Assembly: GCA_951406725.2 (NCBI GenBank) | Contig: OX597823.1 | Span: 5,704,001-5,768,000, forward strand | Length of the DNA: 64,000 nucleotides | Direction of reading: 5' to 3' | Source of the DNA: Octopus vulgaris | Taxonomy: Eukaryota | Shown here: positions 51,437 to 64,000 of the stretch, piece by piece | How positions within the stretch are numbered: the stretch's first letter is position 1 | Layout of the letters: each line of letters opens with the position of its first letter | Program-made: the position numbers and the translations under genes | The notes under the pieces: model-generated | What the model saw: the letters and a program-made list of their open reading frames with translations, nothing else | Told to the model about the DNA's origin: nothing | The model's database searches: none

Positions 51437-51554
51437 TACGTACACGCACAAATATAAGCACACACAAAGTATGCGTTTGTATGTGTTTCCTATGTACATA
51501 TGTGTACTATGTATGTTTATATCTACCTATCATTTTATATATATATATATATAT

Positions 51555-51596
<42 letters not shown>

Positions 51597-51756
51597 AATG
51601 TAGACATACACATATATAATATAGAGGTGTATTTACATATATATACACGCACGCGTTCACTGTGCTTGTGTGCTCACACACATGTACATACATTCATTCA
51701 TACATACATACACACACATATAATAAAGAGATAGGTAGAAAGATAGATGGATGGAT

Positions 51757-51844
<88 letters not shown>

Positions 51845-52352
51845 GTAGGTAGATAGATAGATAGAATAGATAGATTAGATTACATTAAATTAGATCATAC
51901 ACGCATACATACATAGGGATTACATATGGGAGTTTTATGTTTTATGCGTTTTTAAATAACGTCTCTGAAACGTATAATGTCTATATGCATGAATGCATAC
52001 ACATACGTACATAGATATATGCATATATAGGTATAGCGATGCAAACAGGAAAAATAACTCAAAATAGGAGTATACACATATATATATATATTATTATTAT
52101 CATTATTATTATTATTATTAGAATTTAACAGAAGTAACCGAGTGACTCAAGGGCCGAGAGTTTCGTGCGCTGGTACTTATCAAACTCATACATGTATATG
52201 TACATACAAACATACATACATACGTACGTACATACATACATATATACATACATACATACATACATATATACATACATACATACATACATACGTACGTACG
52301 TACATACATACATACGTACGTACGTACATACATACATAATGTGAGTGAATGC

Positions 52353-52414
<62 letters not shown>

Positions 52415-53099
52415 TATCTATCTATCTAACATCTATCTTCTCTCTCTCTCTCTGTCCCCCTCTCTCTTTCTCTCTCTCTCCCTCTATATATATATACACA
52501 TACACATATATATACATACACACACATATATATATATCTATACTTTTACTCTCATTATGTTATCAATGTGAGTTTGTGTGTACATATTTAAAACATGAAC
52601 ATCCAGAAACTCACTTTGTGTGTAGGCTGTATGTATTATTTGCAATAAATGGAGAGAGAGAAACAGAGAGAGAGACGGGGGGGGGACGTAGCCATATGTC
52701 TAACCATGCATGTGTATACGTATGTGCATATTTGTGTGTGTGTGTGTGTGTTTGTGTTTGTAGACAGTGAGATGTGGGCGGAGTCGGGGTGGTAGTGAGT
52801 CGCCTAAGTAATTCCAGAGCAAGTACGTTGCCTTGGTAGTCACATGACAGGCAAGTATGGCGCACCAACCGCTTCGTTTGTCACCACTACACTCTACATG
52901 AAGCGGCGTGTCGTCCGACTTGTTCTTACACACACACGTATATAGACGTAAATATGAATGTACAGGTTCTTTTCCCTCTCGTCTGCTTACCTTATGGATT
53001 TATCTCTCATACTGGATCAGGTAAATGTCGACTCTTTCCTACATCATCTACTCATATTATCCATTCATTTATTTACAACTTTCTTTCTTAAACATGTTT

Positions 53100-53750
53100 C
53101 ATACTTTCTTTGTCCCTCTCTCTTTCTCCCTCTGTCTACAGTTTCGTTTTCCCTCGTTATTTTTGTTTCTGTCTCTCCAGATCTTCTCTTTCTCCTCGTT
53201 ATTTATTTCCCTCTTTCTCTTTTTATCCTCTCTCTCTCTCTCTCCTCATTATTTCTGTCCTTTTTCTTTTTCTTCCTTCTCTTTATATCACGTTTCCCTT
53301 CGTTATTGCTATCTCCTTTCTTTCTCTTTTGTCCTCTTTTTCTCTCCCTCTCCCTGCTTGTCTATCTTATACCATCTCTTTTCCTCGTATCTCTTTCTCC
53401 TTTCTTTCTCTTCTTATCCTCCTCCTCCTCTCTTTTTCCTATCATATCCATTCCTAAACTCATCTCTTTTTCTCCTCCCCCCCCACTTACACTGCTCAGT
53501 CACTATTAATCTATCTTTTCTCTTTCTCACCCATACTTTCTTTTTCTCCGCCTCCCCCACTCTCTTTCTTTCTCTTTACCTCACCCTCTCCGTCTTCATC
53601 CTTCCATTTCTTTTCTTCCCGATTTTCTCTTTCTTTTTCCGTCTCGGTGCCTCTTGATGTGTGTGTTACCATTTCTCTTTGGTTCTTACTCTCTTTCTTG
53701 TTTTCGCTTTTCTGTCTTTAAATTCGCTAATTTCCTCTCCTTTTATTTTT
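53100..53750. repeat. Polypyrimidine low-complexity tract
   Basis: About 650 bp, strongly C/T-biased, with no fixed unit. Confidence 0.9.
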
Positions 53751-54397
53751 GATTAGAAAATATGTAATCCTTATTTCTCACAATATTATGTTGGTGTATA
53801 TCTCTCTGTTTATATATACATATATGTGTGTGTGTGTGTGTGTGTGTGTATAAATCTATATCTCCAAGAAGCGGGAGAGTTTGTTCAATATTAAAGGTAC
53901 ATGAATTGACTTATTCCTCTCTCCTCTCACCAGTCAACTTTCTAAACCATAATTCTTGGCAACCAACAAGTGACAGATCGCCATCGTCATACCACACACA
54001 CACACACACACACACACACATGCAAACGCGCCAATCTGCTCGCGTGCCCAGACATCCATCCATTAACTTGCATAAGCAAACATAGATGCTTACTCAAATG
54101 TTCTGGCATAAAAATCTGCGTGTACACACCACAGGTAGAGCGGTAGCCTTTCACAAATGAGCATCTATTCGCGCGCCCGCGCACAGACACACACGTACAG
54201 ATATAAAAACTAAGAGAAAACTCGAACTTTCCTAAACGTGCACGCGCACACACGCCCAATACCTTTACACCGAGAAGGAATGACTATAAACAAAGCATCA
54301 ACGGAAAAAGAACATGTAAAACAAAACAAAAAATTGCACACGTGCACAGGAAGATTCAGCCCAGTTTATATACAGTACATGTATATATACACACGCA

Positions 54398-54545
<148 letters not shown>

Positions 54546-56376
54546 CTAGATGTTATTCACACACCTGTGTGTATGTAGAAGTATTATTCCCATTGTCTTG
54601 CAAATAATTACCTCTGATCTCCTGTGAAATAATGAAATAAACACGCATCTATCGTTTGTGATACTACACACGCACGTGTGCCTCTTATAAAATGTCTTTC
54701 AGCAAGCTCTAACCACAACCCTATGTTGGTTATTGGCTTCAGCCGTTTCCTTTTATTTGAATTGTTAAAACTCTTTCGGAAAGGTATGAACTCTACAACT
54801 CATCATTTCATCTTCTTCGGAGATTTAAGGTCGCCTATCTAATTAAGAAACCAGTTTATTGCGTGTGTTTCTGTGTATGATGATTGTACAGTGCGTGGGT
54901 ATGTGTATGTATGTATGTGTGTGTGTGTGTGGTTTTGTAGCAGACAGCTGCAAGTGGCACTCGAACACTCCACTCCTATAACAACGTCACTGCTATAGAA
55001 CTAGCAGCAATTATGATTCAAGCTTCGGGCAAGAGAAGTCCACGACCCAGTTTCGATTCCTGCTGGTAGCCATTTTCATTGTTCTTTTCTTTTTCTCTTA
55101 CTATAATCATCTTACTAATGCTCTTATATAAAAAGTGCGACCATCACATCATCTCATCTTCCCATTTTCCCTATGAACCTAAAGCCTTATGTCCATCATC
55201 TAAGCCGACATCAATCATAATAATTACAGTGAACATTAATTGATGCTACTGTAGCAGTAGAAACAGCTGTTGGCTGCTGCTATGTCGAATCTTTTTAGCA
55301 GCAACAACAACAACGGTAACAAAAAAACAACTGCAACAATTCCTCGTTTCGTCGTCCATTCAAAAGAAAATCATTGATTTCTGACAGCCAGAGCCAGTTA
55401 GAATTTCTAGGGGTTTTAGGGGACGCTTTTAATTCGAAGTCATCGTTTGGTTTTTATGATTTTCTCCACGAAATTATTGATGATGCAGTCATTTTAAGAT
55501 GAAAGGGATTTTTTGGTCATTGAGAATCGAAACCGGGATTCCTACTAAGGTTCAGCATTAGCTTACTGATTTATTTCTTGCTCGAATTTTCAGCCCTTTT
55601 AAAAACTCGTAATATACTAATATTGAACGAAAATCAAATTGTTGAGCAATGTGACGGTAACAAAAAATAATAATAACAAAAGAAAAACGGGGTGATGGAG
55701 TAATATTACACACTTTTTCATAGAATATATTTTCTCTCTTTTCTTTATATTTCATCATAGCTCTCATTCAAATGTGTACTTTATGGAATTTCGTCTAGCC
55801 CACACACCACCCGTCTGCCGCTCGCTCACTTTCCCCCCATACACACACACACACATACAGGTGTGTGTGCTCTAAAGAACAAGGCTTGCAGATACAAAGG
55901 TACTCTCTTAGAAGTAAAACTATTAACTCTGTGAAACTCACCTGATGTGCATGTATGTATTATTACACACACACGCACACACATACATACATACATACAT
56001 ACATACATACATACACACGCGCGCAGGCTCGTGTGGAGAGGGGCTCTAGGTGGGCCATTTGGCGTGGGCAATTGTGAAAGGCCAGTCCTTTGCTTGTCAA
56101 AAGTAAAGGGAAGGGCTCCTTTGGTAAAGACCCCCTCCTCTTTTTTTCTAGAAATTATTCTGCTTTTATTTTGTTATTCATAAGTACATTATGTATATTA
56201 CGTGTAGTGTGTGTGTGTGTAGATAGGTAGATAGGTAGACAGACAGATAGATAGATAGATAGATAGATAGGTAGATAGGTAGACAGACAGACAGATAGAT
56301 AGATAGATAGATAGATAGGTAGACAGATAGGTAGATAGATAGATAGACAGATAAATAGATAGGTAGACAGACAGAC

Positions 56377-56415
<39 letters not shown>

Positions 56416-57129
56416 CACACACGCATGTACCTATATATAAATCGTATGTATTTAACACAGACAGAAAATTCTGGAAGAGTAGTTCGTTTGAAATTAGACC
56501 TATATTTTATATCTGGCCTGTCCCTATTACCTGATTTGAACAGACTACACACACAAGTGGCTTAGTGGTTGGGGTGTCGCACTCATGATCGTAAGATTGG
56601 GTTTCGAATCCAGGACCTGCTGATACGTTGTGTTCTTGAGCAAAACACTTCCTTCTACATTGCTCCAGTCCACCAAGCCGGCAAAAGCGAGTAATCCTGC
56701 GACGGACTGGCGTCTCGTTTAGTGGGGTTATGTATACGTCACAGAATCCAGGAAACCGGCTTTATGTGCCTATGCCTCGGGAAGGGTCTTTGCTCCATCA
56801 TTGATGTGTGCGTATATAATGTGTGTGTATATGTGTGTATATATGTGTGTGTGTGTGTATGTGTGTATATTATATTCACACACCCCTTTGGGTGTATAGA
56901 TAGGCGAAAGGCACTTAATATATGGAGTTTATGTTCAAAGTTAACGGTTCATTCTCTGCATTGTTACTTCGAGTATGTTGTTTACTCAGGTGATACATTC
57001 ACTCGCACATATGCACACACACGCACGCACACATGTAAACCACGTTGAAGTAAAACATACACACACAACAAAAAAAGGACAGGTTTTCATAACTGTGCTA
57101 AAAGTTTCACTTTTGTAAAAGAAAAGAGG

Positions 57130-57164
57130 CTTTGACGTTTCGAACAAAGTTCTTCGTCAGAAAA
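57130..57164 (-). ncRNA. Minimal type I hammerhead ribozyme motif
   Basis: Minus strand reads TTTT-CTGACGA-A-GAAC-TTT-GTTC-GAAA-C-GTC-AAAG: complete core with a GUC triplet. Confidence 0.8.
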
Positions 57165-57823
57165 AAAAGGAAAAAGAGGAGGGTGGTGGAAATGAAGGAA
57201 GAGGAATAAAAGGGGGTAAGGGGTTAGGTGGGAATGCAGTTTTATGGGGAGAGTTCTGTGCATATAAAGCAGAGTAACTTTGTAAGGAGACGGGCATGGT
57301 GGAGGATATGAGCGTTATTGGGGGCAGGGGGTTGGCTGGGGGTGAGTGGAGTTGAGTGGGATGTGAATGTGATGACGTTGAGGAGCAAGCGAGGAGGCAG
57401 GAAAAGAACGTGTGTGTGTGTATGTGTGAATCATTATATGTGTGTGTGTGTATAAATATGTGTATATATATATATATATGTGTGTGTGTGTCTGTGTCTG
57501 TGTGTATATATATGTATATATATATATAAGTGGAAGTGCGTGGCTTAGTGGTTAGGGTAGCATCATGATCGTAAGATTGTGGTTTCGATTCCTGGACCGG
57601 GAGACGCGTTGTGTCCTTGAGCAAAACACTTCATTTCGCGTTGCTCCAGTCCACTCAGCTGACAAAAATGAGTAACGCTGCGATGGACTGGCGTCCCGAC
57701 CAGCTGGGGAACACGTACGCCATTGAAACCGGGAAACCGGGGCCAATGTATTTTAACTGTTGAAACAGCTGTAGAATTTATTATGTAATTATGAAACGTC
57801 TGTGAAATCATTACCTATCCACT

Positions 57824-57924
<101 letters not shown>

Positions 57925-58916
57925 TACACACAAATACATACGCACACAAACATACATATATTAGAAAGTGTTCTTTAATACAATCTTGGACAAAGTGTTT
58001 CAAGCACAAATCCCCGAATAAGCTTAGGTATCTGAATGCATATTTTAAAGACCCAGAAATATTATTTTCCTCGTCAGAATAAAAATATACATTAAGAAAG
58101 AAAAAAGCTCCCATACGATTTACCTCCCCCTCCCCCAACTCCCCACTGTCATTAATTTACTTTCTGAGAGAAGCACATTTTTTAATTAGATATCGTTCTG
58201 GCTCTCTGCAATTGTTTTGCTATTTTAGTAACTTCGAAACTTTACGAATACAACTCTCAAATACAGAGACTTGTTTGCGGTCGAATCTCAAGTGTACTCC
58301 AGCGATGACCATCCCGTTTATTTTTCATAGAATACATGTGTCTATCGCCAATGTTAACTTGTAAATATTTTAGCCTCTATGTTTAAACATTTTAAATATT
58401 TTTCTTGTGATTTTGTGGTCGAAATTGAAAAATAGAACTTCATTATATCCAACATGTTCCCCTTTTAAAGACTTCAAGGTGTGATTTGAGAGAGATTTAG
58501 CTATCGTTTCGAGCGACCACATAAAGGCTCCTTCGTTCTTATCTCAAATGTTTGTATGGTTTCCTGAAACCCCCCAGGTGGATAAAGGGTGTCGATGAAG
58601 ATTCCTTTTCGTATTCCCTTCATAATCTACGACGAGAAAACCTTTATGTGGTCGATTGGCCTGTTAGAAGTAGAAGCCAAATCTCTTTCCTATCACACAG
58701 TCTTAAAAAATTAGCAAAATAGAAACGATACATTAGAAAACGTAGTCCTAGATATGATATGCCCGGGGAAAAAGATGTGATTGATGTAACTGGAATGTTT
58801 TTCATTTGGATTAATTTAGTCAGAAATCTATATAAAACGTCTATCCATGCAACAAAACGGAACAGTTAAATAATGATTAAATATATATTTCACATATACA
58901 CACAGACGATAACGGC

Positions 58917-58960
<44 letters not shown>

Positions 58961-60664
58961 ACCTATAGCTTCAAATCGATCCTCGAAACCTTGTGAATGT
59001 AATTGGGTAGGCAGGAACAGTGTGAAAGCCTGTCGGATAGCCTCTACTCGTATCTCAAAGGCTCAGCTTTGTCACTGTGTCAATCTGATTCTGTTTGGAG
59101 TGTTTCCGTTAAGGATACAACAGTGATGCACATGGACTACAAGCAATCGGGGTCAAAATGATACTTTCGGAGCTTCCCCCTCTCACCTAGTTAGGTGTGA
59201 CAGGTAGGAAGAAATTTTACTCCCTTTCACATCTGCGCCCCGAGATGACTGCTTCCATTCTCTCCTTTCCTCGCCACAATCTTTTGCTCCGCCTCTAAGC
59301 TACAAATATCTGTGAAATACTCAGCCACTTACATTATTAGTCAATGAGTTTATAATTTAGTTGATCAAGCATCTGGGATCATTCGCTCATCGTCGAAACC
59401 GATGGAGGATCCTTTTTGTGTTTTGTTTACTTGCCTTTAAACTGTAAGCCTGTACTTAACACCTCTCGCTCGTTATTTATTCACAAAATGTACACCTGTC
59501 AAACTGAATTCTGATTGATTTTAGATTTTCCCTTCTTCCTTTTGTAACTTGTTGCTTTTTCAGTTCTGTAAAATATAAATAATTAATTAATGATCGATAA
59601 CGACACTAGTCATTTAGTGTTATTATTTTTTAATTCCACGAACGTCATTTACGGTACCCCTCCCCTCAAATCACATGAATATATCTAATCGATACCGGCC
59701 TGATTTTGATTATCGAAGATGACTGTGGTGGAACTTTTTCGGAATATGTTAAGAGTTAAGAAATGACAATTAATGAATAAAAGATTAAAATGATGTTACT
59801 TTTGTCTTTGTAGTTTCGCATACATCTAATGTACTAAACGTATATATATATATTTATGATAATGTAATGTGCTAACATAGTGATCCTTTTCGAGATCTTC
59901 TAAAGTTTACATTCTTTTACAATTCTGCGACAAGTAATCCTTGATGCCAATGTCTGTTCACAAAAATATTTACCTCATCCTACAGCAACGATATTTAAGT
60001 TGATGGTGACGTAATCAAGGTAGAGAGATGCTAACGGATTCGAGGTTGACGATGATGAATTTGAGGTTGGCGCTGGTAAGATTGAAGTTGATAATGTTGA
60101 ATTTGTAGAGTAACCATGTGAGACGATTTTTATAAGTTTATTGCTTACTTCATTGAAATGCAGTTCTTTCAAGTTACTGAAATACTTAAAATATAAAATA
60201 ATGAGTTTCTTGAATTTTATGAGGAAGAACGATCTAATGAGGACCATTAAAATGGAACAACAATGTTCTGGAGAAAAATGTTGATAAGAGAGGCTACAGA
60301 GCCATCATGAATTTTAACAACTTATCAGAAGGGTAGCCATTTTTAATTGATAAAGATCCTCAAAGACAGGATTATTCTGGTAAAGATTTTCCCTTTGGAC
60401 AAAGTAAACAGGTTAATAATGAGGGGATTCAACTGCTACAAGGAATTAAATCAAATTAAGACAAATAAATAATGTGTAACAACAATCGTTGGACATATTC
60501 TTTAAGTAAATAATTATTTCATTGACACTACTGGAAATGGGTATGAGAAACTAAGGGTATGGCTAAAGCCCAAGTGGCTGTGATCAGAAAGGTGGGGATT
60601 AGATGCTGTTAGCCATCCAACTCAGTGAGCTGAAAAGTAGGGAAATGACCCATTTCTTTCTATA

Positions 60665-60925
60665 CTATCCCTCTTTCATTTCCATCAATGCTTGTTGATT
60701 TTTATTAAACATAAGTGTATTTATAGTCTCTTCAACTTCCTTCTGAAGAATTGGAGTATCCCCATGTTCTCTGTTGTTGTTGTTGTTGTTGGAATTGTCT
60801 AGAATGTTGCTGTCATGTTTGAGTTTGTGATTGTAAAGATCTTTGTAGTGTTCAGACCATCTTTTGTTGACATCATTCTCATTGGTGAGGCGCAGGCCTG
60901 TTTTCTCCTCAATGGTAGTGGTGGT
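60665..60925 (-). pseudogene. RTE-clade LINE fragment (linker between endonuclease and RT)
   Basis: ORF 60665..60949: IEEKTGLRLTNENDVNKRWSEHYKDLYN...PILQKEVEETINTL, typical of the RTE segment before the RT domain. Confidence 0.7.
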
Positions 60926-62199
60926 ATGTTTCTTTGTTTTCGTATGCATGACAAATAACAGAGACCATCAGTGACGGCTAACTACTAAAGCATCTCGAGT
61001 GGCACTCCAATGACTGGATGCATCAGTTAAGGGAATCTTGATGATGGTCACCATGTATTTATATAATTTGTTGTTTAATTCTGGAATAGTTTTGAGTCTT
61101 TTTTTAGAAGTTTGTTGATGTTTTGGGGACTAGGAATATATTGTAGGAACATGCCATTAGAATGTAATTCTTATTTATTCATTAAACAGGCACTCTGTTG
61201 GGTAAGACGATGAGGGTTCCTGTTGATTCAATAAACGGAACAGCTTGCTCATGAGATTAATGTGCAAGTGGCTGAGCACTCCACAGACACGTATACCCAT
61301 AACATTGTTTACTGGGAACTTCAGCATGACACAGAATGTGACAAGGCTGGCCCTTTTGAAATAGAGGTACTATTCATTTTTGCCAGCTGAGGGGACTGGG
61401 GCAATGTGAAATAAAGTGTCTTGCTCAAGGACACAACACGTTGCTGGGAATTGAACTAAAATAAAAAACCAATCAAGTACTGCAATCAGTGATATCAACC
61501 CTTTCCCATCGAAATTCCTTGCCTTGTGCCTATATTAGAAACTATTATTCAACCTATAGTATAGTTGGGTTTGCTTTATGTTGTTTCACTTCTCAACAAC
61601 CTACCAACAATCTTAAGTGATTTCTGGTTGTACAATGGTAGTCAACTAAGCCCATGCATCTGTACCTACTTTGTTTCTATTCTATTCTTTCTACTCTCTT
61701 CTGATAACAAATACAATGTACATTTGACCTTCCACACCTGAGAGACTAATCTCTATTTTTCACAGGTAACTCACTGGTTCTCAAAGTGCAATTCATGGTT
61801 GGGATTGTTTTCATTTTGTTTGAAATAAAAAAAAATCATTGCTTTGCACTTTGATACTTAAATTAAATGTCACTCCCCAATCTCCTCTCCAGGGCTTTTA
61901 CCAGGACTTGGACACTGTTGTAGCAGCATACTTTTCACGCGACTAAATATAAGGCTAAACCAGGTAACCTATATGCAGTCACTCGATTGGTTACAAATAG
62001 CAAGCAGATCAGTTTTCCTCATTTGCATTTCCCATGAGAAATAGTGATACATCTACTAATTATATGCAAAAGCATTTTTAGTCATCTTTATACTTAACTC
62101 AATTATTTTAATTATACACACATGGTATAATCCCTAGGGTAGGGGAATCCTAGCATCCGTTGGTAGTAAGGTGATCCTTTGTGGGGTGGGGGAGAAGTG

Positions 62200-64000
62200 A
62201 TCTCTTCAATGGAGATCTTTAGGAAATTCTGGTCTAAACAGAAATTTCGTCTTCGTTTAGATGAAAATTTTAAGAACCTCCTTTGTGGCATCTGATGGAT
62301 TTAGCACTGTCAAACCTCTTGAGACAGTTTTATGATTTGTTTAGTCTTTTAGTCAGGGTTGAAAGCAATGCTCATGGGCTGTTACAGGTCTTCCAAGGCT
62401 GATAGGAGGAAGAAAGAGGAAGGTGTCTGCAAGACTAGAAGCCTGACCAGAATGCTTATGACTGAGTGGACTCAGAAGAATTTTATCAGTTAGAACAAAA
62501 AAATATTAATACTATCAATAATTAAGTAAAAGTAACTGCTTCAATACGTGGAGGCCTAGTGGTTAGAGCAGCGGACTTGCAGTCAAGAGATCTCAGGTTC
62601 GAATCTCAGACCAGGCAATGTGTGTGTTTATGAGTGAAACACCTTAGCTCCACGTGGATCTGGCAGAAGGTAATGGTAAACTTCCGCTGAATCACTCTTT
62701 CCTCCTGCATCTAGCAGCTCACCTGTGACCGACCAGCATCTCATCCAGGTCGGGAACCTATATGCCAATGAAACTAGGAAACCAGCCCTTATGAGCCAGG
62801 CATGGCTCATGAAGGAACAAACAACTGCCTCAATACAGCACTCTGCTGGGTCTGTGTCACCCACATTCAATGCATGGTATCCACATAATGAGAAAATAGA
62901 AAAAGGATTTTCTTTAAGTCTTAACTTCCCGTATGATACAATAAAGTACAGAACTTCATTGATCAGCTGGTCCTGAAGTGCATGGCATCACACAAATCAC
63001 ACTAACTTTATTCACTGTCATTTTGAAAGAAGTCAGGAACTTTCTAAGGTAGAAAAGTCCTAATCCCTTCCTCTATCATTCATTTCTCTTCTGTGACAGA
63101 GTCCTTACAGGACTGGGCTTCTCACTTAAAAAATTTTCAAGAGTTAAGCTTATATTCTTTGTATCCCCTTTGTAAATAGCAGCCCCTACGATCTTCCAAA
63201 AGAATGCTATTTTTATTTGTATTTCCTTTGTCAGGTTTGCAATGTTAGAACCCATTTTCCTAAAAGATAAAAATTTTCTCTTTGACTCTTAAACTCATAA
63301 TCTATACTTTGAAGATAATGTCTAATAAATGTTGCCTGTTTGATGTGTGAGGAATCAGGTATTGTATCCACTATTATTGAATGCTCTTTTGCCTTTGATC
63401 TCTTAGAAAGTGTGTTTCAAAATGACATCAGACTAAAGAGAAATAAATTAATTTTCTGATTCAGCTGACAAATAATGTGCTAGCAATCGTTCTCCATTTT
63501 TACTGGCTTTCATTGACCTTCCTGCCGTAAGCTTCAAGTATGGGAGCCCATCAAGTCAAAAGTTCATCCAGCCTAAGGAAGCTACTTTTGTGAATATTGC
63601 CAATCAAATGAGCAGCACCAGAATATGTAAATAATCCCTTTCACCCAAATATGAAATAATGTCGATTAACCAGTGTAAAATATTAATCCATTTGGCCTAC
63701 AATGCTCCAGTTTGTTTATGCAGAAAATATTCCCTGCTTCTCTTTGAATGAATTCTTTATTTGAATGTTCTCTGTGACACATAATTCAATTTATGTTGTT
63801 TGCTGTGTTTATGCTCAGGAATTTTTTGAAATTGTTTTTACCATTTTTTTCTTCTATGGTAGACCATCTATTCTCTCTTGCCATAGTCTGATTTATTGGT
63901 TCAGCTTTCCAAAGAGTCAATATGGTGAACAAAATATGGTTTGTATCTTGACACTCCACATCAGCCAACCTCTCTTAGATATTTCATAGACCAAACGAGA
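62200..64000 (-). pseudogene. Decayed hAT-superfamily transposase (ZMYM1/DUF4371-like), interrupted by a SINE
   Basis: Manual minus-strand translation: KNGERLLAHYLSAESEN*FI, IIVDTIPDSSHIKQATFI, LEDRRG and LNVGDTDPAECCIEAV. These match hAT motifs YLS..QNEFI, SII.D.TPD.SH.EQ, DCRGQ.YD and HSLNL...AA.CC. The left boundary is approximate. Confidence 0.65.
62548..62822 (+). mobile_element. SINE (family B-like head) with 14-bp TSD
   Basis: A/B boxes TAGTGGTTAGAGC and GGTTCGAATCTC. TSD AACTGC(T/C)TCAATAC at 62534-62547 and 62823-62836. Confidence 0.8.

Noticed and set aside
55005-55075. GTTTCGATTCC B-box-like motif
   Set aside because: No A box, cloverleaf or SINE body is recognisable.

Overview
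AT-rich, microsatellite-dense animal genomic DNA. It is most likely cephalopod (Octopus-like); this is inferred from the repeat landscape, not from a search. No intact host gene is recognisable, and most listed ORFs are microsatellite artefacts. The window is a mosaic of four tRNA-derived SINE families (working labels A-D), truncated CR1-like and RTE LINEs, three mariner copies, fossil Tigger/pogo and hAT transposases, piggyBac/hAT/Tc1-mariner MITEs, a non-autonomous Helitron, a probable solo LTR, a 56-bp minisatellite and several long palindromes. The main signal is a set of short non-coding elements bounded by microsatellites that carry hammerhead ribozyme motifs. Three are minimal hammerheads with a covarying stem II. 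Two have a long stem II and sit in a near-perfect 311-bp inverted repeat, and two more are decayed. These fit Penelope-like pLTR or retrozyme-type elements. Also notable: a template-switch inversion inside a SINE nested in a hAT MITE, head/tail shuffling among SINEs, a 22-bp perfect GC-rich hairpin, and a candidate spliced small ORF near 49-50 kb.
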